A DNA stretch of 64,000 bases from Bacteroidales bacterium (GCA_012520175.1 JAAYOU010000039.1:9013-73012), one strand, 5' to 3'; shown: positions 8,289-17,649, counted from the first letter of the stretch. The notes: generated by a model from the sequence alone, not told the origin. Numbers and translations: made by a program.

Positions 8289-9005
8289 TTAGTGAGTTAT
8301 TTTATAGTTTAATTTTTTCCTCATTTTACGAATCTCTTTTTTAGACAAAAAACTTCTTTTTACAAAATCTTGATACAGGTATGGTTGTTCAAAATAGTCG
8401 TAATCAGCTCCTTTTGCATAAATTGGATTATTTATTCTATATGTTACAAAATAATTTGATATATCAAAACACATGAAGATATTTTCATATAACTTCGCTT
8501 TATTTTTATCTTGAATTTGAAATTGAATAGTTTTTAAGCCTAAAGTATCTTTAAAATTTATTGGCAAATTTGTTGCGAAAATAATTTCCCAGTCTTGAAA
8601 ATTGTAAATGAAGTATTTCTTAAAATTAGAATAGCCATAAATATTTTTACTAGATTTTTTAACAATTTCAAATAAAAATGAATACCATTCTTCAAAATCT
8701 AAATTTTCAAACCTTGAAAAATCGTATTTTTCATATACACTATCTTCTATAAGATTAGTAGGAACAGCTATTATAACAAACACGACATAATTATTTTTTT
8801 CATTTTTATTAAAATCTCTATTTAAATATTTTAAATAATATTGGAAAGCTATTTTTATTTTAAAATCAATGTCCTTTAGTTCAATAGCATTTATAGTTAC
8901 TGAATCTGTTGTTTCATCTACCTTGTTGACAAAAAATTGCCCATATATCGGTGTGCATAAAACACTTAATATAATTAAAAATAAAATTTTGCTTGCATTA
9001 ATCAC
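8289..9005 (-). CDS. Hypothetical secreted protein (paralogue of the N-terminal part of 8998-10110)
   Basis: N-terminal signal-like segment ILFLIILSVLCTPIYGQ. The block YSFLFEIVKKSSKNIYGYSNFKKYFIYNFQDWEIIFATNLPINF parallels FSLFYDVIIETLHKSKRSFFSDYKYYYNHNDIDVLISSKAPINF in the upstream gene. Very AT-rich by eye. Confidence 0.6.
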   Translation of the reverse strand: MINASKILFLIILSVLCTPIYGQFFVNKVDETTDSVTINAIELKDIDFKIKIAFQYYLKYLNRDFNKNEKNNYVVFVIIAVPTNLIEDSVYEKYDFSRFENLDFEEWYSFLFEIVKKSSKNIYGYSNFKKYFIYNFQDWEIIFATNLPINFKDTLGLKTIQFQIQDKNKAKLYENIFMCFDISNYFVTYRINNPIYAKGADYDYFEQPYLYQDFVKRSFLSKKEIRKMRKKLNYKITH

Positions 9006-10110
9006 GATTTCCCTCTCCTTCTATTTTATAATCTGTGTCCGGATAAATTATCTCAATTTCTGTTAAATAAACCTCTATAATTGCTGTTGTATTTTTTTTA
9101 ACTTTAATACCTTGACATGTATATGCGCTATATCCTATACTTTTAATTGTAACATTATAAACACTAGGATTCAACTCTAAAGAAAATTCACCATCATGAT
9201 TTGACATAGCATGATTTATTAATGTTCGATCACTATATTTTTTTACTTTTACTAAAGCAAAACGAACAGGTTCTTTAGTTTCCAAATCATATAATTTACC
9301 AATTATAGCAGAAGTGTCTGAATCAATATATTTAACTTTAAAGAAACTTCCTTCTTTTTCAATAACCTTATATCCATAATAATCTAATTCTGTTGATTTC
9401 GTAATTTCAACAGTCTTATAAAAATTATCACAATAAGATGTATCTGCAGGATTGTAAAAATGCAAAGCTTGATAAGATTCATCTTGATTAAACTGGTAAT
9501 ATGTAGCATTAGGAAAATAAGATGTAATAGTATCATTGTATTTTTCCATATCCCCTAGTTTCAACTTAGCCAAGTTTTTTTTTAAATAAAAATTAATTGG
9601 TGCTTTAGAACTAATTAACACGTCAATATCATTATGATTATAATAATATTTATAATCTGAAAAAAAAGATCGCTTTGATTTGTGAAGTGTTTCAATAATT
9701 ACATCATAAAAAAGAGAAAAATCTTGTTCTCTTGAAAAAATTGTATCCTTGTATAAAGAATCTATATAAGATTCTAAGAAATCAGACTCATGGCTTAATG
9801 AGCTTATAGCCCAATTAGGATGTATTTCAATAGAAATAAACATATCACTATTCATATGCAAGCTTCTTTTATTGCATACATTTATATGATTTATTAGCAT
9901 TTCTGATAAAATAGGGGTTAGAGTATCAATTTCACTAACATTGTATAAAACGTAATTTTTATATACATCTACATTGTAATTTTCATAATCGTAATTTTCA
10001 TAATCAATGTATCTCTTTTGTTTTTGGCTAAATAGTGTAGTTGGAATTACAAGTATAGCAATCAAAAAATATAATATTGCCTTATTTTTATCTTTTAACT
10101 TTATAATCAT
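8998..10110 (-). CDS. Hypothetical secreted protein with a C-terminal carboxypeptidase-regulatory-like (CarboxypepD_reg) beta-sandwich
   Basis: Signal/TM segment AILYFLIAILVIPTTLFSQ. The C-terminus IGKLYDLETKEPVRFALVKVK...SNHDGEFSLELNPSVYNVTIKSIGYSAYT fits the CarboxypepD_reg pattern. It overlaps the downstream gene by 8 nt. Confidence 0.6.
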   Translation of the reverse strand: MIIKLKDKNKAILYFLIAILVIPTTLFSQKQKRYIDYENYDYENYNVDVYKNYVLYNVSEIDTLTPILSEMLINHINVCNKRSLHMNSDMFISIEIHPNWAISSLSHESDFLESYIDSLYKDTIFSREQDFSLFYDVIIETLHKSKRSFFSDYKYYYNHNDIDVLISSKAPINFYLKKNLAKLKLGDMEKYNDTITSYFPNATYYQFNQDESYQALHFYNPADTSYCDNFYKTVEITKSTELDYYGYKVIEKEGSFFKVKYIDSDTSAIIGKLYDLETKEPVRFALVKVKKYSDRTLINHAMSNHDGEFSLELNPSVYNVTIKSIGYSAYTCQGIKVKKNTTAIIEVYLTEIEIIYPDTDYKIEGEGNRD

Positions 10111-10251
10111 GTATAGGTGTTTTTATCAATCATCTTTATACTCAATTATTTTATTTAAGGTTTCTTTACTATAATTTTTACTCCATAATTCTATCTTAAT
10201 AAACTGTTAACAGCCAAAAACAGACTTTTTATTTCCAGCAATGATTTTCAA

Positions 10252-10551
10252 CACAACTCTTGATTATAAACGTTTTACGCGAAGCAGCCGTGTCGCACAA
10301 CTAGTTGATTATCAGCGGTTTAGACAGGGCGGGCGCCGCCTCATAACTACTTGATTATCAGCAAGTTACACAGAGTCGCCGCCAATGCGAAGCCGCCACT
10401 TCACAACCCATTGATTATCAGCACTTTACGCAAGCAAGCGAGCTAATAGCGAGCCCCAACTATGTCTTATCCTGAAATAGGTTGACACTAAAAAACTAAA
10501 AACTAAACACTAAAAACTATTTCCCAACCACCTGATTATCAACAAGTTACA
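10252..10551 (+). repeat. Modular extragenic repeat array, locus C (5 units, terminal module and ACTAAAA heptamer tract)
   Basis: Units at 10252-10279, 10296-10324, 10342-10370, 10402-10430 and 10523-10551. The module GAGCCCCAACT...CACTAAAAACT lies at 10454-10518. It includes tandem ACTAAAAA/ACTAAAA/ACTAAAC/ACTAAAA at 10487-10519. The array lies 39 nt beyond the trxB stop and upstream of gene 8998-10110. Confidence 0.85.
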
Positions 10552-10589
10552 CAGCAATCAAAACAACAAAAAAATCGTTGTTTACGACT

Positions 10590-11540
10590 TTAAATATCTC
10601 TTGTTGCGATAAAACGCTCTGCATCAATAGCAGCCATGCAACCTGAGCCAGCAGCAGTAATAGCTTGTTTGTAATTAATATCTCTAACATCGCCAGCAGC
10701 AAAAACGCCTTTAACGCTAGTGCATGTGGAGTCTGGCAAAGTTTTTATATAGCCATTTTCGAACATTTCTAATTGTCCTTTAAAAATTTCAGTATTAGGA
10801 GTATGACCAATAGCTACAAAAACGCCATCAAGCTCAATTTTAAGTTCTTCGTTAGTTTTTACGTTTTTCACAACAATAGCTGTAACATTTTTAGCAAAAC
10901 CTTTTTTTTCGCCTAGAATTTCAACAGGAATTGAGTTCCAAACAGGCTCAATATTAGGAGTATTAAAAACTTTTTGCTGCATCGCTTTTGAAGCTCTAAG
11001 CTCATCGCGTCTATGAATTAGATAAACTTTTTTTGCTAAATTTGATAAATACACAGCTTCTTCAGCAGCGGTATCGCCACCACCAATTACACAAACAACT
11101 TTTCCTTTATAGAAAAATCCATCACAAGTAGCACAAGCCGAAACACCAAATCCGTTGTATTCTTTTTCGCTAGGCAAGCCCAACCATCTAGCTGAAGCGC
11201 CAGTAGCAATAATTACAGTTTCAGCCAATATATTTTGACCTCTATCGTCAGTAAGGCTAAAAGGGTATTTTGAAAAATCAACTTTTTCTATAAGTCCTGA
11301 TCTTATTTCTGTCCCAAACCTCAGTGCTTGTTTTTTTAAATCTTCCATCATTTCTACGCCTGTAACGCCATCTGGATATCCCGGAAAATTTTCAACATCA
11401 GTAGTAATAGTCAATTGCCCTCCAGGCTGCAAGCCTTCGTATAAAACAGGTTTTAATTCAGCTCTTGAAGAATAAATTGCTGCTGTGTATCCTGCGGGTC
11501 CAGAGCCAATAATCACACATTTTCTTTTTTCAATTTCCAT
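10590..11540 (-). CDS. trxB: Thioredoxin-disulfide reductase
   Basis: GSGPAGYTAA FAD motif, redox-active CATCDG, GGGDTAAEEA NADPH motif, 316 aa. Confidence 0.95.
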   Translation of the reverse strand: MEIEKRKCVIIGSGPAGYTAAIYSSRAELKPVLYEGLQPGGQLTITTDVENFPGYPDGVTGVEMMEDLKKQALRFGTEIRSGLIEKVDFSKYPFSLTDDRGQNILAETVIIATGASARWLGLPSEKEYNGFGVSACATCDGFFYKGKVVCVIGGGDTAAEEAVYLSNLAKKVYLIHRRDELRASKAMQQKVFNTPNIEPVWNSIPVEILGEKKGFAKNVTAIVVKNVKTNEELKIELDGVFVAIGHTPNTEIFKGQLEMFENGYIKTLPDSTCTSVKGVFAAGDVRDINYKQAITAAGSGCMAAIDAERFIATRDI

Positions 11541-11547
11541 TATTTTC

Positions 11548-12441
11548 TTATTTAATTACTACAGTATCATATTGGCTACCATATCCGCCAAAAACTCCAA
11601 TAGCACCACTAACATTATGTTTTAACGGCATAGGATTTGTAAATGGATTTCCACCTCCTACAGAATTTTCTTCAAATGTACGCCAAAATAAGTAATGATC
11701 CATTGTTATTGATGAAATTTTTACCACAACAGTATCTCCTCTTTTAAAATAGCCTACTTCTGGGTCTTCGTATAATTCTTCATCTCTATAATTCATTTCT
11801 CCCCTAATAATATTAAAAGTAAATGATGGTTTTCCGTCTATATACACATCATCAATAAGGCTTCCCGTAACAGATATAAAGTTATAATCTTTGCCCAATC
11901 TTTTTGCAAAAATACGATAATAATTTTTCTCATTAGGTGGATCCGATAATACAGCATAAATAAGTCCTAAAGTATCGCCTTCCACTGCTGGATCTGGCAT
12001 CCAATATAAGCTATCAAACCCAACTTTTTTCGGTATAAAAGCATTTCCATTAATAACTTTGTTGTCAGCCTCAATATGTAATGTGTATGAACCATTTTCA
12101 GCTCCTAATATTTTAGAGCCTTTATAATAAATCATGGGCCAAGAATTATTCAAATAAGCATTAAAGTCTAAAGTAAATTTTAAAGTGTCATAAACAACTC
12201 CATCAGACACCACAACCAAAGCGTCTTTCACGAATAAAGAATCTATAAAGTAGGTTGAATCTAGATGAGAAAAAAAGCTACTGCTTCTTGTTAAAAGCAC
12301 AATAGGATATTGTCCGTTTTCTATCCAACCTTCAACAACTAATTTGGGCGTATATTCTGGTATATCAAGTTCTATTTCTTTTTGGCAAGAACTAAAAACA
12401 AATCCCAAAGCAAATATTAATATTAATAACTTTTTCATCAT
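11548..12441 (-). CDS. DUF4249-like lipoprotein (partner of the adjacent TonB-dependent receptor)
   Basis: Lipobox FSSC at the N-terminus, ~297 aa. It lies directly downstream of a CarboxypepD_reg-type TonB receptor, which is the usual DUF4249 context. Assignment is from context and size, not from a diagnostic motif. Confidence 0.5.
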   Translation of the reverse strand: MMKKLLILIFALGFVFSSCQKEIELDIPEYTPKLVVEGWIENGQYPIVLLTRSSSFFSHLDSTYFIDSLFVKDALVVVSDGVVYDTLKFTLDFNAYLNNSWPMIYYKGSKILGAENGSYTLHIEADNKVINGNAFIPKKVGFDSLYWMPDPAVEGDTLGLIYAVLSDPPNEKNYYRIFAKRLGKDYNFISVTGSLIDDVYIDGKPSFTFNIIRGEMNYRDEELYEDPEVGYFKRGDTVVVKISSITMDHYLFWRTFEENSVGGGNPFTNPMPLKHNVSGAIGVFGGYGSQYDTVVIK

Positions 12442-12444
12442 AAA

Positions 12445-14814
12445 TTAAAATTTAAAATTCCATGTTATAGACGGTAAAATAGAAAACAACGACGCTTGTC
12501 TAGGTGTCATTTTAATATCTCCCTTCATTATATCTCCTTGAATATCATAATATATAAAAAACGGATTGCGTCTTCCATACACATTATAAATAGAAAAGTT
12601 CCAACTTTCATCAATTTTTCTAGTTTTCTTCTTGCTTTTCGGATACCATGTCAAACTCACATCAGCACGATGATAAGCAGGCATTCTAAAGCCATTTCTA
12701 GAGCCATATTCATACACAATACTTCCATCAATAAAATATATTCCTATCGGCATTGTAGAGCAATTTCCAGTAGAATAAACAAATACGCCTGAAATTGTTA
12801 GTTTTTCATTCAAATAATGCGTTAATACAAAAGAAATATCATGTCTTCTATCATATTTAGCAGGAAATTCCTTTCCATCATTCAAATCGCCAAACAATCT
12901 ATTTGTTTTTGCCCAAGTATATCCAAACCAACCAGTGGTGCTACCCATTTTTTTGTTTATAAAAAATTCAATTCCATAAGAATAGCCGCTTCCAAAAACA
13001 AAGTTATTATCAACATTATTATTCAAATTATCTTCAATCAGAGCTCCACCTGAATATTCTATTTGATTTCTTAGAGTTTTATAATATACTTCTACACTTG
13101 TTTCTATAATATTATCCATAAAATTCCTATAATATCCCAAAGAATATTGGGTTCCAAACTGTGGCTTTACAAGGTCAGTACTTGGTATCCAAACATCTGT
13201 AGGCAAGCTAATCATAGTTGGAGAAGCTAAATGAACATATTGATAATTTTGCGTAAAAGATGCTTTGAGAGAGCTTTTTTCATTAATTTTAAATCTAGCA
13301 CTAGCTCTTGGCTCTACTCCCCAGTAAGGCTTTACCATTTCATTTCTATTATAATGTATTGTATCAATAGTTAATTTAGTTCTAGGATCTTTTATATATC
13401 TATCAAATGGACCTACATGCGCAAAAAAACTTCCACGCAAACCTAGATTAAACTTTAGTCTATTTCCAACGCTAAATTCATCATTTACATACGCAGCAAC
13501 CTCATGCGAATAAAGTTTTACCTCACTTCCAAGGTTTAAATCAATAACTTCAGTTTTTGCAGTAGCATTGTTTGGCATAAAAACATGAAAATTATAGTTT
13601 GTGCCAAATTTTAACAAATGACTTGAAGCTGGAATATAGGTAAAGTCTATTTTTGCATTATAATCGTTTATGCCAGAATAAAGTTTCATATCATACATAT
13701 TCATTTTAGAGCCAAATTCAAAGCGATAATCACTAAAAATAAAAGATACATTTGAAAAAAGTTTTTGGCTAAACAAATGGTTCCATCTTGCAGTAACAGT
13801 GGCATTACCCCAAAACATATCCATATTAAAATCTTGCTTTTTATCATCCATAGAGAATAAATCTCTACCAAAATATGCACTAGCAAAAATTCTATCTTTA
13901 TCGCTTAATCTGTAATTTACCTTAGCATTTATATCAAAGAAATAGTAGCCAGAACCTTTGCCTTTAAACGGGCTAGTTTTTCTTATAAATGGTTTCATTA
14001 CAAGATCTGCATAGGTTCTTCTTGCACTAACAATAAAAGAAGCATCATCTTTTTTAATAGGACCTTGCACAGTAAGTCTAGATGCTATCAAACCTAGTCC
14101 ACCTTCAACTTGATATTTCTTTTTATTTCCATCTTTCATGTTTATATCCAACACCGAAGCCAAGCGTCCACCATAGTTTGCAGCCATTCCAGACTTTGTC
14201 ATTTCTATATTTTGTATTGCATCAGCATTAAACACGCTGAAAAAGCCAAAAAGATGGCTAGCATTATAAACAACAGCTTCATCAAGCAATACTAAGTTTT
14301 GGTCAGGACCGCCGCCACGCACATAGAAAGCACTATTCCCTTCTCCACTCGACTGCACGCCTGGCGTTAGAGTAATTGTTTTCAAAACATCAACTTCACC
14401 AAAGATAACAGGAATTGCTTTTATTTTTTCAACTGACATTTGCACTTTTCCCATATCGGTATTTTCCAAATTCTCATCAGCTTTTTCTCCTCTAATTACA
14501 ACCTCTTTAGTTGTAATTACTTTTGGATTCATTTCAATATTTAAAATTATATTTTTATTCAAATTGATTGTATAATTATAATCCTCATATCCAATAAATG
14601 AACCCATCAAAGTATAAGAACCGGCTTCTACAGTAATTGAATAATATCCGTAAGTATTTGTGGTACCACCTTTCATTAATTCCTTCAAATACACATTGGC
14701 TCCAATAAGCGATTCACCACTTGAAGCATCTTTAACATAACCACTAACAGTATATTTCTGAGCGTTTACAACTACCGCTAATTGAAATATGAACAAGAAA
14801 ACAAAAAATCTCAT
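12445..14814 (-). CDS. TonB-dependent receptor with an N-terminal carboxypeptidase-regulatory-like domain
   Basis: Signal peptide, then YTVSGYVKDASSGESLIGANVY (CarboxypepD_reg). A plug region follows (DVLKTITLTPGVQS...SAFYVRGGGPDQNLVLLDEAVVYN). The beta-barrel ends in aromatic ...SITWNFKF. Confidence 0.9.
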   Translation of the reverse strand: MRFFVFLFIFQLAVVVNAQKYTVSGYVKDASSGESLIGANVYLKELMKGGTTNTYGYYSITVEAGSYTLMGSFIGYEDYNYTINLNKNIILNIEMNPKVITTKEVVIRGEKADENLENTDMGKVQMSVEKIKAIPVIFGEVDVLKTITLTPGVQSSGEGNSAFYVRGGGPDQNLVLLDEAVVYNASHLFGFFSVFNADAIQNIEMTKSGMAANYGGRLASVLDINMKDGNKKKYQVEGGLGLIASRLTVQGPIKKDDASFIVSARRTYADLVMKPFIRKTSPFKGKGSGYYFFDINAKVNYRLSDKDRIFASAYFGRDLFSMDDKKQDFNMDMFWGNATVTARWNHLFSQKLFSNVSFIFSDYRFEFGSKMNMYDMKLYSGINDYNAKIDFTYIPASSHLLKFGTNYNFHVFMPNNATAKTEVIDLNLGSEVKLYSHEVAAYVNDEFSVGNRLKFNLGLRGSFFAHVGPFDRYIKDPRTKLTIDTIHYNRNEMVKPYWGVEPRASARFKINEKSSLKASFTQNYQYVHLASPTMISLPTDVWIPSTDLVKPQFGTQYSLGYYRNFMDNIIETSVEVYYKTLRNQIEYSGGALIEDNLNNNVDNNFVFGSGYSYGIEFFINKKMGSTTGWFGYTWAKTNRLFGDLNDGKEFPAKYDRRHDISFVLTHYLNEKLTISGVFVYSTGNCSTMPIGIYFIDGSIVYEYGSRNGFRMPAYHRADVSLTWYPKSKKKTRKIDESWNFSIYNVYGRRNPFFIYYDIQGDIMKGDIKMTPRQASLFSILPSITWNFKF

Positions 14815-14904
14815 AAAATATTATTTTTGTTTATTTAAAACTTTATGCAAAAACTACAATTAAGACAATTTATTGCACAAAAAGTTACAACTAAACAATT
14901 TATT

Positions 14905-14939
14905 AACAAAAAAATAAGGCTAATTTTAATTATTAGCCT
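14905..14939 (-). terminator. Rho-independent terminator downstream of tRNA-Pro
   Basis: 8-bp stem AGGCTAAT/ATTAGCCT (14917-14924 / 14932-14939) with a 7-nt loop. On the minus strand it is followed by TATTTTTTTG. Confidence 0.65.
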
Positions 14940-14946
14940 ATTATTG

Positions 14947-15020
14947 TCGGAGCGGTCCGACTCGAACGGACGACCACTTGCACCCCATGCAAGTACGCTA
15001 GCCAACTGCGCCACGCCCCG
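14947..15020 (-). tRNA. tRNA-Pro (anticodon GGG)
   Basis: The reverse complement reads CGGGGCGTGGCGCAGTTGGCTAGCGTACTTGCATGGGGTGCAAGTGGTCGTCCGTTCGAGTCGGACCGCTCCGA. It has a 7-bp acceptor stem (one G-U), anticodon stem CTTGC/GCAAG with loop AUGGGGU, and T-arm GTTCGAGTC. The C1-G72 start is typical of tRNA-Pro. CCA is not encoded. Confidence 0.9.
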
Positions 15021-15126
15021 AAAATGATTATGCAAAGATAAATAATATTTATTAGTTTCTAAATAAAAAATCGCTATTTGTAATTTGTTAATTTTTTTTA
15101 TAACTTTGAATTACATTAAAATTGTT

Positions 15127-16803
15127 ATGATGAATTTAAATGCAAGACCAATTGAAAAATTAGATTGTTTTAATGCTTATATTCAAAATACAATTCAAAA
15201 GTATTTTAATAACACAGCCTTATCAGACTACAATAGAGAATCTTATACTTTTGGTGAAATTGGCTACGATATCTACAAGCTACATGCTGGATTTAAAGCT
15301 ATTGGTATAAAAGCTGGAGATAAAATTGCTCTACTTGGAAAAAGTTCAGCAAATTGGTGTAAAATATATTTAGCAACAATTACTTATGGAGCAGTTATAA
15401 TTCCAATTTTACCAGATTTTAAGCCCTCTGATGTTCACACTATTATAAACCACAGTGAATCTATTTTGCTTTTTTCAGAAGAGTCAATCTATAAAACTCT
15501 TAATTTGAATGAAATGCAAGCTATTTCAATGGCTATAAGGATGAAAGATTATACATTACTAGAAAGTAAAGATGAAGGAATTTCCAATAAATTTATAAAC
15601 GCATTAGATAATTTTACAAAAGCAAATCCTAATGGTATAAAACCCAAAGAAATTGTTTTTCCAAAACAAAATCCTGATGACTTACTAGTTATCAGCTACA
15701 CTTCTGGCACAACAGGATTTTCAAAAGGTGTAATGCTTCCAGAGCGTAGCCTACGCGGAAACATTGATTTTGCAAGAAAAAACATGACAATGTACCAAGG
15801 AGAGCAAATTCTATCTATTTTGCCACTAGCTCATGCTTTTGGCTGCACAGTTGAATTTTTATTTCCATTCACACTTGGCTGCCATATTACTTTTTTAGCA
15901 CGCATTCCTTCTCCAACTATAATGATTGAAGCTTTTGAAAAAGTTAAACCCAACTTGATTCTTGCAGTACCTCTAATTATTGAAAAAATTTATACGGGCA
16001 AAATAAAGCCAATCTTGTCCAAACCATTTGTTAAATTTATTCTAAAAATTCCTATTCTTCGAAAACTATTTTTTAACAAAATAAAATCAAAACTTACAAA
16101 AACATTAGGAGGCAAATTTAGAGAATTAGTTATTGGTGGTGCACCTTTAAATCCAGAAACTGAAAAATTTTTAAAGAAAATACATTTCCCTTTCACTGTT
16201 GGATATGGCATGACCGAATGCGGACCATTAATTTCATACGCTAGTTGGAATACAACCGTATTACATGGTTCTGGAAAAGCTGTTGACGAGCAAACTGTAA
16301 GAATTGACTCCCCTGATCCATTAAATATAGCGGGAGAAATATTATTAAAAGGCAGCCATGTTATGCTTGGATACTACAAAAATGAAGAAATTACAAAATC
16401 TGTAATTGATGAAGATGGCTGGCTTCATACAGGAGATATCGGAGTTTTAGATAAAAAAGGGAATATTATTATTCATGGACGATTAAAAAATATGATTTTA
16501 AGCTCATCTGGACAAAACATATATCCTGAAGAAATAGAATCTCTGCTAGCAAATTATCCATTAATTTCAGAATCTTTGGTTGTTGACCGCAAAAATAAAC
16601 CTGTTGCAATATTATATCCCAATCAAGAATACATGCAAAAGCACAATATCAAAAAAATTGATTTGCACGATAAACTAGAAAAAATAATTAAAAATGTAAA
16701 TGAAAATCTTCCGACATATTCGCAAATTTCTAATTTTGAAATAAAGGAAGACGAATTTGAAAAAACTCCAAAACGAAGTATAAAAAGATTCAAGTATCAA
16801 TAA
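15127..16803 (+). CDS. AMP-dependent synthetase/ligase (long-chain acyl-CoA synthetase-like)
   Basis: AMP-binding motif ISYTSGTTGFSKGVML, plus GYGMTECG and later TGDIG...GRLKNMI. The track ORF starts at TTG 15085; the first in-frame ATGs at 15127/15130 are more plausible starts. Confidence 0.85.
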   Translation: MMNLNARPIEKLDCFNAYIQNTIQKYFNNTALSDYNRESYTFGEIGYDIYKLHAGFKAIGIKAGDKIALLGKSSANWCKIYLATITYGAVIIPILPDFKPSDVHTIINHSESILLFSEESIYKTLNLNEMQAISMAIRMKDYTLLESKDEGISNKFINALDNFTKANPNGIKPKEIVFPKQNPDDLLVISYTSGTTGFSKGVMLPERSLRGNIDFARKNMTMYQGEQILSILPLAHAFGCTVEFLFPFTLGCHITFLARIPSPTIMIEAFEKVKPNLILAVPLIIEKIYTGKIKPILSKPFVKFILKIPILRKLFFNKIKSKLTKTLGGKFRELVIGGAPLNPETEKFLKKIHFPFTVGYGMTECGPLISYASWNTTVLHGSGKAVDEQTVRIDSPDPLNIAGEILLKGSHVMLGYYKNEEITKSVIDEDGWLHTGDIGVLDKKGNIIIHGRLKNMILSSSGQNIYPEEIESLLANYPLISESLVVDRKNKPVAILYPNQEYMQKHNIKKIDLHDKLEKIIKNVNENLPTYSQISNFEIKEDEFEKTPKRSIKRFKYQ

Positions 16804-16846
16804 AATTTGTAATTTTGTAAACCAAGTTTGTAATTTTTTTGACAAT

Positions 16847-17305
16847 ATGATTTCGAATAAACTAATTTTAAAAGTGTTATTGGTATTAACAATAGTTGTT
16901 TTTTCTTGTTCAGGCAATTCTAGCAACAAAAAATTAAGCACTGATGTTGTTAACAATCCTTCATCGGCAGATAACATAAACAGCGATAGTGGTCCTGTAA
17001 TTACTTTTGAAAAGACAGAACACGACTTTGGAGATATTATGCAAGGAGAAAAAGTGGAGTTTGCGTTTAAATTTACAAATACGGGCAATAAAGACTTAGT
17101 GATTACATCGCATTCTAGCTCTTGTGGTTGTACTGTGCCTGAATATCCTAAAGGAGTTATTTCTCCAAACAAAAGCGACTTAATAAGAGTTGCATTTGAC
17201 AGTAAAGGACGTGAAGGTCGTATAAACAAATCTGTTACAATTAGCACAAATGCTTCACAACGGTCAACAGTTCTTACAATCAAAGCAAATATTATTAAAC
17301 CTTAA
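16847..17305 (+). CDS. DUF1573 domain-containing lipoprotein
   Basis: Lipobox VFSC. HDFGDIMQGEKVEFAFKFTNTGNKDLVI...CGCTVPEYP is the characteristic DUF1573 core. It has the conserved position upstream of yajC. Confidence 0.75.
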   Translation: MISNKLILKVLLVLTIVVFSCSGNSSNKKLSTDVVNNPSSADNINSDSGPVITFEKTEHDFGDIMQGEKVEFAFKFTNTGNKDLVITSHSSSCGCTVPEYPKGVISPNKSDLIRVAFDSKGREGRINKSVTISTNASQRSTVLTIKANIIKP

Positions 17306-17316
17306 AAAAATAAAAT

Positions 17317-17649
17317 ATGAAATTAACTTACATCTTGCTTTTGCTTTTTGCAGATACAAATCCAAAATCTAGCAGCGGTTGGTCTTCAATGATAATGTTA
17401 TTATTATTAGTTGTTGTTTTTTGGTTATTTTTCATCCGTCCTCAATCAAAAAAGAATAGGGAAATACAAAGATTCCGTCAAGGCTTAAAAAAAGGTGATA
17501 GAATTATTACAATTGGCGGCATACACGGAAAAATAATTGAAATAAGTGATACTACTGCTATTATTGAAGTTGAAGGTCAAGGCAAATTGAAAATTGAAAA
17601 AAATGCTATTGCCCAAGAGTTCAGATCAGAAGAAGTTGCTCAGAAATAA
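17317..17649 (+). CDS. yajC: Preprotein translocase subunit YajC
   Basis: Single TM followed by FFIRPQSKKNREIQRFRQGLKKGDRIITIGGIHGKI, which is the YajC signature. Confidence 0.9.
   Translation: MKLTYILLLLFADTNPKSSSGWSSMIMLLLLVVVFWLFFIRPQSKKNREIQRFRQGLKKGDRIITIGGIHGKIIEISDTTAIIEVEGQGKLKIEKNAIAQEFRSEEVAQK

Noticed and set aside
14835-15035. ORFs 14835..15035 (-) and 14845..15027 (+)
   Set aside because: They overlap tRNA-Pro (14947-15020) and its terminator. The region is explained by the RNA gene.
16804-16846. Repeated TTTGTAATTTT motifs between the acyl-CoA synthetase and DUF1573 genes as a regulatory repeat
   Set aside because: It is only two short AT-rich copies with no palindrome or hairpin. 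It is most simply promoter-like AT-rich sequence and is too weak to call.
16675-17283. 202-aa ORF on the minus strand
   Set aside because: It is antisense to the well-supported DUF1573 gene and the 3' end of the acyl-CoA synthetase gene. It has no motifs and its composition is typical of an antisense frame.
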